Source: a bacterium
Lineage (GTDB): Bacteria; Verrucomicrobiota; Kiritimatiellia; RFP12; CAIWXQ01
Direction: 5' to 3'
NCBI GenBank assembly: GCA_037144015.1
Contig: JBAWXQ010000030.1
Coordinates: 1-19,717 of the forward strand
DNA length: 19,717 nt
Numbering within the stretch: the first letter of the stretch is position 1; every line of letters begins with the position of its first letter. The translations under genes and the position numbers were made by a program. The notes under the pieces are model-generated. The model saw only the letters and a list, made by a program, of their open reading frames with translations. It searched no databases and was not told the DNA's origin. This document shows, in pieces, positions 1-6,331 of the stretch.

Positions 1-192
1 GACGCAAATGCATCGCATGTTACACCGGAACGATCTAATCCGAACGACAGAAATGAGTTCATGTACAGGCGAACGCGGCCGTGCTCCGTCGGCCGAAACC
101 GTCCCTGGCGAGGCCTGGAACGGGGTACAGTTCGACGACCTGCGAACCGCAGATTGACGAATGTCCAGTGCTGATTTTTGAAGTCAACGTGA

Positions 193-240
193 CTTCTGCC
201 TTCTGCCTTCTGCCTTCTGCCTTCTGACTTCTGTCTCCTG
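193..240. repeat. Tandem 7-bp microsatellite CTTCTGC: four perfect copies (193-220), then degenerate copies cttctga, cttctgt and a partial ctcctg
   Basis: Read directly from sequence 191-240: gaCTTCTGCCTTCTGCCTTCTGCCTTCTGCCTTCTGaCTTCTGtCTcCTG. It lies in the 3' flank of the minus-strand ORF 274..1167. Confidence 0.9.
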
Positions 241-273
241 AATACCTGAGTCGTTATCCCAAAAGACGGAATC

Positions 274-1167
274 TTAGAACGGCAATTCAGTTGCGGTTAC
301 CACCCGTACCAGGGCGCCGCCTGATTTTTCGTCGCGCTGCTGCTCAATCAAGCCGCGTTTCTCGGCCTCGTCGAGCAGGGCGGTGAAGGAGCCGAAGCCG
401 TAGTATCGCTCGGTGAAGCCGGGCTTGCGCCGGCGCAGGGCCTGCTTGACCATGGAGCCCCAGATGCGGTCGTTGTCGCCGCGTTCGCTGGAAAGTGCCT
501 CGATGGTTTCGATCAGCAGGTCGAATGCTTCCTGCTGGCGATCATCGTCCGCTTTCTCGGTCTTTCCTGCTTTTTCACCGCCCCCGCGGCGGGCAGGTGC
601 GGGCGCAGGTGCGGCGGCGCCACCGGGCACTTCTGGCGCAGGAGAACGCGGCGGTGGGCGGCGGCGGGGCGCGGCGCGCTTGCGGAGGTCGTCGCGCACC
701 AGGTCGTCATAGAAGATGAACTCGTCGCAGTTGGCGATGAGCAGCTCCGAGGTGGAGTTCTTGACGCCCACGCCGATCACGACCTTGCCGTTCTCGCGCA
801 GCTTGCTGACGAGCGGCGAGAAGTCCGAGTCGCCGCTGATGATTACGTAGGTGTCGACCTGCGCCTTGGTGTAGCCGCAGTCGAGGGCGTCCACGACCAT
901 GCGGATGTCGGCCGAGTTCTTGCCGGACTGCCGCACGTGGGGCACTTCGATCAGCTCAAACGAGGCCTCGTGCATGCCGGCCTTGAACTCCTGGTAGCGC
1001 GACCAGTCGCAGTAGGCCTTCTTGATGATGATGCTTCCCTTGAGCAGCAACCGCTCCAGCACGCGGCGGATGTCGAAGCGGTCGTAGTGCGCGTCGCGCA
1101 CGCCCAGGGCGATGTTCTCAAAGTCGCAGAACAGGGCCAGGTTGCGCATGTCGGAGGGGGTTGCCAT
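274..1167 (-). CDS. NYN-domain (PIN-like, LabA/limkain-type) protein with C-terminal OST-HTH/LOTUS domain
   Basis: The 297-aa ORF has an N-terminal NYN-like region (LALFCDFENIALG...VIISGDSDFSPLV...VIGVGV) with a conserved acidic/SGDSDF motif. A Pro/Ala/Arg-rich linker follows. The C-terminal region (FDLLIETIEAL...WGSMVKQALRRRKPGFTERYYGFGSFTALLDEAEKRGLI) resembles OST-HTH/LOTUS. Identification is by motif memory only. Confidence 0.6.
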   Translation of the reverse strand: MATPSDMRNLALFCDFENIALGVRDAHYDRFDIRRVLERLLLKGSIIIKKAYCDWSRYQEFKAGMHEASFELIEVPHVRQSGKNSADIRMVVDALDCGYTKAQVDTYVIISGDSDFSPLVSKLRENGKVVIGVGVKNSTSELLIANCDEFIFYDDLVRDDLRKRAAPRRRPPPRSPAPEVPGGAAAPAPAPARRGGGEKAGKTEKADDDRQQEAFDLLIETIEALSSERGDNDRIWGSMVKQALRRRKPGFTERYYGFGSFTALLDEAEKRGLIEQQRDEKSGGALVRVVTATELPF

Positions 1168-1260
1168 GGGGTGCTCCTGATTGGTTGCCGGAGATCATAG
1201 CGCAATCCATGGGCCGGGGGAAGAAATTGAGCCGCGACCATCGCAATCTTATGCAGGCTC

Positions 1261-1288
1261 AGGATTTTGGGACCTCAGGATTTGGGAC
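1261..1288. repeat. Direct repeat AGGATTTTGGGAC / AGGATTTGGGAC in the divergent intergenic region
   Basis: aggattttgggac (1261-1273) and aggatttgggac (1277-1288) are separated by ctc. They lie between the divergently oriented ORFs 274..1167 (-) and 1357..2445 (+). Confidence 0.7.
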
Positions 1289-1356
1289 GGAACGCCGGGA
1301 TTGCGCTCTCCGCTGCCGGGAGTGTATTGTGATTTGAAATCACGGAAGGGACAGCC

Positions 1357-2445
1357 ATGTCGATCGCCTTCACGCCGGAACGCTGGGCGCAGGTGCGCGC
1401 CAATTACGGGAAATGGTGGGCGGGTGAATCCGCTCGGCCGATGCTGCACGTGACATCCTGCCGCGAACCCGACCGCGCGCCGTCGAACCTGCCGGCACGC
1501 GGTTTCATGCCTCAGTATGGATTGGACGTCGATCCGGAGGCAATTGTCGACGCCATAGACTACCAGTTGTCCTGCACGGAGTTCCTGGCCGACGCCTTTC
1601 CCACGTTCTGGGTCAACTACGGGGCGGGCGTGCTGGCCGCTTACTGCGGCTGCGAGTTGCACGCGGACGACGCTACCGTTTGGTTCCATCCGCCACGCGA
1701 GCTTTCGGCCTGCGACCTGCACATGCGCTTCGACCCGCGCAACCGCTGGTTCCGCCAGACCTGCGACGTGGCGCGCGTGGCTGCGGCGCGCTGGCGCGGG
1801 AGCGTGATGGTCGGCATGACGGACCTCGGCGGCGCATCGGACGTGGTCTCCTCATTCCTCACGGGCGAGCGCATGCTGCTGGAACTCTACGACAACCCGG
1901 ACGAAATCAAGCGCCTGGCGTGGGAGACGCACGCGCTCTGGTGGCACACGTTCCAGGAGATCGACCGCGAGATCCGCTCCAGCAACCCCGGCTACTCCTG
2001 CTGGACGCCGCTGTTCTCGGAAACGCCATACTACATGCTGCAGTCCGATTTCTGCTACATGATCGGCCCGGCGATGTTCGACACCTTCGTCAAGCCGGAG
2101 CTGATCGCCAGCTGCCGACGGATGCCGCATGCCTTCTATCACCTCGACGGCGTCGGCGAACTGCCGCATCTCGACTCGTTGCTCTCCATCGCCGAGCTGA
2201 AGGGGATCCAGTGGGTCCAGGGTGATGGCAAGGGCGGCCCGATGCAGTGGCTCGACGTCTATCGTCGCATCCTGGATGCCGGCAAGCTGCTGCAGATCAC
2301 GGGCGGCTCATTGCAGGAGTCGCTCGCTGCCGTGGACGTGCTGGCCGGCGAGAAATGGAACGTGGGGCGCATCTTCATTGTCAGCGGCGCCGGAGATGCC
2401 ATGGCGCGGCGCGCACTAGAGGCCTTCCTGAGGCGCGCACCGTGA
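1357..2445 (+). CDS. Hypothetical enzyme-like protein (362 aa). It may be uroporphyrinogen-decarboxylase/MtaA-like, but this is unverified
   Basis: Long ORF with high-GC codon usage and an AGGGA Shine-Dalgarno-like motif 7 nt upstream of the ATG. The C-terminal segment FYHLDGVGELPHLDSLLSIAELKGIQWVQGDG loosely recalls URO-D-family C-terminal motifs. No firm family assignment is possible from sequence alone. Confidence 0.45.
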   Translation: MSIAFTPERWAQVRANYGKWWAGESARPMLHVTSCREPDRAPSNLPARGFMPQYGLDVDPEAIVDAIDYQLSCTEFLADAFPTFWVNYGAGVLAAYCGCELHADDATVWFHPPRELSACDLHMRFDPRNRWFRQTCDVARVAAARWRGSVMVGMTDLGGASDVVSSFLTGERMLLELYDNPDEIKRLAWETHALWWHTFQEIDREIRSSNPGYSCWTPLFSETPYYMLQSDFCYMIGPAMFDTFVKPELIASCRRMPHAFYHLDGVGELPHLDSLLSIAELKGIQWVQGDGKGGPMQWLDVYRRILDAGKLLQITGGSLQESLAAVDVLAGEKWNVGRIFIVSGAGDAMARRALEAFLRRAP

Positions 2446-2458
2446 AAAGGCGGCCAGT

Positions 2459-3256
2459 ATGGCAACGTTGCCGACAACAGGGAAACGTGGACGTGTGAGC
2501 AGAACGGTTGCGTTTCTGTGGATCAGTGGCGTGCTGACGATCCTGGCCACCGGGGCTTTGCTGGGCATGGCGGTCGATGCCCATGCCGGGCGTGAGAGCC
2601 GGGTCCGCGCCGCACTGCCGCTGGTGCTGTTCGCGCTGGCGATGGCCGGGACCCTGGTGATCGGATGGGGGTTGCTTCGCCGGGGCGCGGACTGGAAGCG
2701 GTTGGAGGCCAAGCGGGCACGGGAGCTGCAGGAGGGCGAGGCGAACGCGCGCGCGCTGGCCAGTGTGGCAACGGGGCTTTCGGCGCGGGTCGACCTGGGC
2801 GCTGACGTCCCCCGGGTGCTCGCAGGCGATCCGGCTCAGGTGCGCATTCTGCTGGTCGAGGACAACCCCGTCAATCAAGCCATGGCCGTGCGCCAGCTGA
2901 AAAAGCTGGGCTACCAGCAGGTCGATACCGTCGGCAACGGCCGGGAGGCGCTGGAAGCGGTGGATCGGCAGCCCTATGATCTGGTGCTCATGGATTGCCA
3001 GATGCCCGAGATGGACGGCTATGAAGCAACACGCCGGATACGCGCATGGGAGGCCGGGCGTCCGAAGGATCGGCGACCGGGAAGGTTGCCGATCCTGGCG
3101 ATGACCGCCAATGACATGAAAGGCGACCGGGAAAAATGCCTGGCTGCGGGCATGGATGACTACATCGTCAAGCCCGTGCGGATGGCGGACCTGGCGCGGG
3201 TCGTGCAGCAGGCCGTCCCGGGGCAGGACGCATTCCCGGGGCATGATAGCGGTTGA
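2459..3256 (+). CDS. Membrane-anchored orphan response-regulator receiver protein (two predicted TM helices plus CheY-like REC domain)
   Basis: The N-terminus has two hydrophobic stretches (VAFLWISGVLTILATGALLGMAV and ALPLVLFALAMAGTLVIGWGLL). The REC domain has RILLVEDNPVNQ...YDLVLMDCQMPEMDG...LPILAMTANDMKGDREKCLAAGMDDYIVKP, with a phospho-acceptor Asp in LMDCQMP and a conserved Lys in VKP. There is no output domain, and the domain resembles the C-terminal receiver of hybrid kinases. Confidence 0.7.
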   Translation: MATLPTTGKRGRVSRTVAFLWISGVLTILATGALLGMAVDAHAGRESRVRAALPLVLFALAMAGTLVIGWGLLRRGADWKRLEAKRARELQEGEANARALASVATGLSARVDLGADVPRVLAGDPAQVRILLVEDNPVNQAMAVRQLKKLGYQQVDTVGNGREALEAVDRQPYDLVLMDCQMPEMDGYEATRRIRAWEAGRPKDRRPGRLPILAMTANDMKGDREKCLAAGMDDYIVKPVRMADLARVVQQAVPGQDAFPGHDSG

Positions 3257-3369
3257 TGGCCTGCGTACGACCGGATAGTTTGATTTAAGCGAATGGGTTG
3301 CCGTGTGGCATTGCTGGATGCACCTGATGCTGGCGAGCGCACCGGCGCTTGACAGGGCTCCAGGCGGTA

Positions 3370-3386
3370 TTGCACCTTCGTGCAAT
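3370..3386. promoter_or_regulatory. Perfect palindrome TTGCAC-cttc-GTGCAA, immediately upstream of a sigma70-like promoter
   Basis: ttgcaccttcgtgcaa read at 3370-3386, 6-bp arms with a 4-bp spacer. Its centre lies about 27 bp upstream of the centre of the -35 hexamer at 3401. Confidence 0.6.
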
Positions 3387-3400
3387 CAGGCGCGAACTTG

Positions 3401-3430
3401 TTGACATCAGCAGGCGCGGCGGATTAGAAT
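3401..3430 (+). promoter_or_regulatory. Near-consensus sigma70 promoter: -35 TTGACA (3401-3406), 18-bp spacer, -10 TAGAAT (3425-3430)
   Basis: Read directly from sequence. The -35 is a perfect match and the -10 matches TATAAT at 5 of 6 positions. It is followed by an AT-richer leader to the first gene of the gvp regulatory operon at about 3524. Confidence 0.55.
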
Positions 3431-3523
3431 TATTCGTTCAATTCAGTTGTCTGCACTGCGGACACATCACTTCTCGCGCGTTTTTCAGTTCTCGTCATGA
3501 CACGCCTGGCCCGATCGCCCTGA

Positions 3524-4201
3524 TTGTCTTTCATGAAAGCCAGCACAGACCGGAAGCGCGTGAGCAACCGAACGCTGCTCTACTTTCCCATCGTCCACAG
3601 CCAGTCGGAGATGGGAAAGCTGGGTAAAACCATCCGGAAGGTGACGCAGCAAAAGCTGGGCCGACGCGTCTGGCAGCGCAAGGTTGACCTGGTTGACCGG
3701 TTCTGGGAGCACCTGGCGGAGATTGTCTTCCAGGACCTGGCCATACCTTACGCGCGAACGCGCGTTTATCAGGACGGTCTGCCGGTCTGCGACAAGGAGA
3801 TCGAGATCGTCACGGAGATTGCAAAACTGGGAAGCCCGAATCACCGGCTGCTCCTCCAGCTCCGGGAAAAGGGCGCCACGATCATGGGCACGGAATCCGC
3901 CGAACTGCTGATCAGGGAGTACCGCCTCGCCAAGGAGATCCTCAACGCCGGGGATGCCCGGGAGGCCCTGGAGCTCGAGGCGCAGCAGAAGGCGGCCGGC
4001 GAGCAGCTGCTGGAGAAGCGGGACGCGTTCATTGCGGCACGGATCGACCAGACGCTGCTGGCGGGCGAGACCGGGCTCCTGTTCCTGGGAATGCTGCACA
4101 GCCCGGTGGCCCGGTTGCCGCCGGACATCCGTGTGCTTTATCCGCTGGAGGGGCTGCTGGAAAAAGGCGGCCCCCTGGACAGCGAGGTACGCAAGCGATG
4201 A
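3524..4201 (+). CDS. Hypothetical protein, first gene of the gvp regulatory operon (start TTG at 3524, or ATG at 3533)
   Basis: 225-aa ORF with no recognisable domain and a helical, charged C-terminal half. The stop overlaps the start of the downstream NtrC-like gene (ATGA at 4198-4201), indicating translational coupling. Confidence 0.55.
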   Translation: MSFMKASTDRKRVSNRTLLYFPIVHSQSEMGKLGKTIRKVTQQKLGRRVWQRKVDLVDRFWEHLAEIVFQDLAIPYARTRVYQDGLPVCDKEIEIVTEIAKLGSPNHRLLLQLREKGATIMGTESAELLIREYRLAKEILNAGDAREALELEAQQKAAGEQLLEKRDAFIAARIDQTLLAGETGLLFLGMLHSPVARLPPDIRVLYPLEGLLEKGGPLDSEVRKR

Positions 4202-5625
4202 AAACCGCCCCCGCCCAGCCCGCCCCCGCCCAGCCCGCCCCCGCCCAGCCCGTACGCGCCCTGATCGTGGACGATGACGATGACGTGCGGAGCATGCTGA
4301 CGCTGATCCTGGAAAAGGAGGGGCTCACGGTGATGGCCGCTGCGGACGGCCAGACCGCGCTGCGCCTGCTCCAGTCGCCCCTGTCCGTCCCGGATGTCGT
4401 GCTGCTCGATGTGCGCATGCCGGGGCTCAGCGGCCTGGATGTCCTGGCGAAGATCCGCGAGATGGGAAACCAGCTTCCTGTGGTGCTGATCACGGCGTAT
4501 GCCGACGTGCGGCAGTCTGTCCAGGCGATGAAGTGCGGCGCCTATGATTACCTTACCAAGCCGTTCGACAATCGTGAGGTCGCGCGGGTCACGCTGCAGG
4601 CCTTGTCGGAAAAGCGGGTGAGCCGGCTGAATGCGGCCGGCTGCGCGCCGCTGGAGCACCTGACTCTGTTTACGAGCATGGGGGCGTCGGACGCCGTTGC
4701 CCGGATCACGTCGGATGTGCATCGCGTGGCCACGTCCGATTTTTCCGTCCTGCTCATCGGCGAAACGGGCGCGGGCAAGGATCTGGTGGCCGAGGCGATT
4801 CACCGGGGCAGCGCCCGGCGGGAGGCGCCCTTTGTCGCGGTCGACTGCGGGGCGATCCCCGAGGCGCTGCTGGAAAGCGAGCTGTTCGGGCATGAACGGG
4901 GGTCGTTTACCGGGGCGGACCGCCAGAAGGTGGGGAAGTTTGAGGAAGCCCACGGGGGCACGCTGTTTCTTGACGAGCTAGCCAATCTGCCCTTCGGGTC
5001 CCAGGCAAAACTGCTGCGCGCGATTCAGCGAAAGTCGATTTACCGGGTTGGCGGCACCAAGTTCATCGACGTCAATTTCCGGCTGATTGCCGCCTCCAAC
5101 CGGAGCCTGCGCAAGATGGTGGCCGCCGGCACGTTTCGCGAGGATCTGTATTACCGGCTGTGCGATTTCACCATCGATATTCCCGCGCTGCGGGAGCGGA
5201 AAATGGATGTGCTCTACCTTGCAAAAGTCTTTCTGGAGCAGGTGGAGGTCGAGCTGGGCAAGAAGACGGCGGGCCTTTCGGAAACGGCCGTGGAGGCGCT
5301 GGTCGCCTACGACTGGCCCGGGAACGTCCGCGAGCTCAAGGCGGTGATCCGGCGGGCCGTGCTGGTGGCTGCGGGGCCCATCACCGAGAAGGACCTCAAC
5401 ATCAGGCGCATTGCGATGCCGGCTTCGGCCGATGCGGCGGAGGATGCCCTGGCCTGGCAGGGGGGGTCGCTCCGGGAGATTGTGCAGCGGAGCGTGGTGG
5501 ATGTGGAACGGAAAGTCCTGGCCGGCGTCCTGCGGGTCACCGGCGGAAACAAGGCCAAGGCGGCGCGGCTGCTGCAGGTGGACTACAAGACCATGCACAC
5601 CAAGGTGAAGAAGTTCGGCATCTAA
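4198..5625 (+). CDS. gvrA: Sigma54-dependent response regulator (NtrC family: REC + sigma54-activation AAA+ + Fis-type HTH), GvrA-like
   Basis: REC: [17 protein letters not shown]...[17 protein letters not shown]...[10 protein letters not shown]...[11 protein letters not shown]+: [18 protein letters not shown] (Walker A), [23 protein letters not shown] (GAFTGA motif), GTLFLDEL (Walker B). C-terminal HTH: [23 protein letters not shown]. The symbol is by analogy to the Serratia gvrA regulator and is not proven. Confidence 0.85.
   Translation: MKTAPAQPAPAQPAPAQPVRALIVDDDDDVRSMLTLILEKEGLTVMAAADGQTALRLLQSPLSVPDVVLLDVRMPGLSGLDVLAKIREMGNQLPVVLITAYADVRQSVQAMKCGAYDYLTKPFDNREVARVTLQALSEKRVSRLNAAGCAPLEHLTLFTSMGASDAVARITSDVHRVATSDFSVLLIGETGAGKDLVAEAIHRGSARREAPFVAVDCGAIPEALLESELFGHERGSFTGADRQKVGKFEEAHGGTLFLDELANLPFGSQAKLLRAIQRKSIYRVGGTKFIDVNFRLIAASNRSLRKMVAAGTFREDLYYRLCDFTIDIPALRERKMDVLYLAKVFLEQVEVELGKKTAGLSETAVEALVAYDWPGNVRELKAVIRRAVLVAAGPITEKDLNIRRIAMPASADAAEDALAWQGGSLREIVQRSVVDVERKVLAGVLRVTGGNKAKAARLLQVDYKTMHTKVKKFGI
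4206..4250 (+). repeat. Three tandem copies of a 15-bp unit (ccgcccccgcccagc) encoding (PAPAQ)3 at the N-terminus of the NtrC-like regulator
   Basis: Copies read at 4206-4220, 4221-4235 and 4236-4250. The repeat is in-frame, so copy-number change would alter only the N-terminal linker length. Confidence 0.85.
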
Positions 5626-5641
5626 ACGAAAGGTGGACACC

Positions 5642-6331
5642 ATGAGCAGAAACAACCCTGATCCGGACAAGCAGGCGGGAAAGCCTGCCGCCGGAGGCGG
5701 CCTCTTTAGCAGCCTGACCGACTTTCTGGAGTCGGCGGGGAAGCTGGCCGGCGCGGCCGGGCAGCGGAAGCCGTCGCACGCGGCGGGTGCCGGAGGCGGG
5801 GCAAAAGAGTCCGGCGCCGCGGGCGGTCCGGAGGCCGGCGCGGCGCGCGTGGGCGGGATCCTGAACAACCTGGCCGACCTGGCTGCGAAGCTGAAGGAAC
5901 TCTCGGAAAAAGGAGAATCCCTGTCTGAACAGGGAGAGTTCACGTTCCCGTCCAAAAAAGGCGGCATCAAGGGCGTGTATGGCTTCTCCGTGAAAACAGG
6001 GCTGGGCGAGAAGGGCGACCAGATCAAGGTCGAGCCGTTCGGCAACATCCGCAAGGACCAGAAGACCGGCGAGGCGGCGGTGCAGGAGATCAGCGAGCCG
6101 CTGGTGGATGTCTTTCCGGACACGTCCGGCACCACCCTGGTCGCCGAGATGCCGGGCATGGGCCCGGACGATATCTGCCTTGAAGTCCAGGACGACGTGC
6201 TGACGATCGCCGCGCAAAAGGGCGAGCGGAAGTACCGGAAGGAGCTGCTGCTGGGGCACCTGCTGGCGAAGGATCGCATCGCCGTGGTGTGCAACAATGG
6301 CGTCGCGACCATTCGCTGTGAGAAGCCATGA
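5642..6331 (+). CDS. gvpH: GvpH-like small heat-shock (Hsp20/alpha-crystallin) domain protein with a Gly/Ala-rich disordered N-terminal half
   Basis: The C-terminal segment VDVFPDTSGTTLVAEMPGMGPDDICLEVQDDVLTIAAQKGERKYRKELLLGHLLAKDRIAVVCNNGVATIRCEKP matches the Hsp20 fold pattern (V-D-E...L-I...G-L-I). An ATG at 5642 has an AAAGGTGG RBS at 5629-5636; the ORF table begins at GTG 5633. The position after the NtrC regulator is the same as gvpH in Serratia. The stop overlaps the next gene's start (ATGA). Confidence 0.7.
   Translation: MSRNNPDPDKQAGKPAAGGGLFSSLTDFLESAGKLAGAAGQRKPSHAAGAGGGAKESGAAGGPEAGAARVGGILNNLADLAAKLKELSEKGESLSEQGEFTFPSKKGGIKGVYGFSVKTGLGEKGDQIKVEPFGNIRKDQKTGEAAVQEISEPLVDVFPDTSGTTLVAEMPGMGPDDICLEVQDDVLTIAAQKGERKYRKELLLGHLLAKDRIAVVCNNGVATIRCEKP

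Noticed and set aside
193-240. Tandem CTTCTGC repeats considered as a possible CRISPR array
   Set aside because: The 7-bp unit has no spacers, which is far too short for CRISPR. It is a simple microsatellite.
1357-2445. Assigning the 362-aa ORF to the gvp system or to a specific enzyme family
   Set aside because: It is separated from the island by the receiver gene and a strong promoter region. The URO-D/MtaA-like resemblance rests on one weak C-terminal motif, so it is left as hypothetical.
3303-3320. TGGCATTGCTGG resembling a sigma54 -24/-12 element upstream of the regulatory operon
   Set aside because: The GG-to-GC spacing is off by one or more from the 12-nt consensus. A much better sigma70 promoter, TTGACA-18-TAGAAT, sits 80 bp downstream.
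2381-3385. 334-aa minus-strand ORF overlapping the membrane-anchored receiver gene
   Set aside because: The + strand ORF has a canonical REC domain, whereas the minus-strand translation has no features. It is a shadow ORF.
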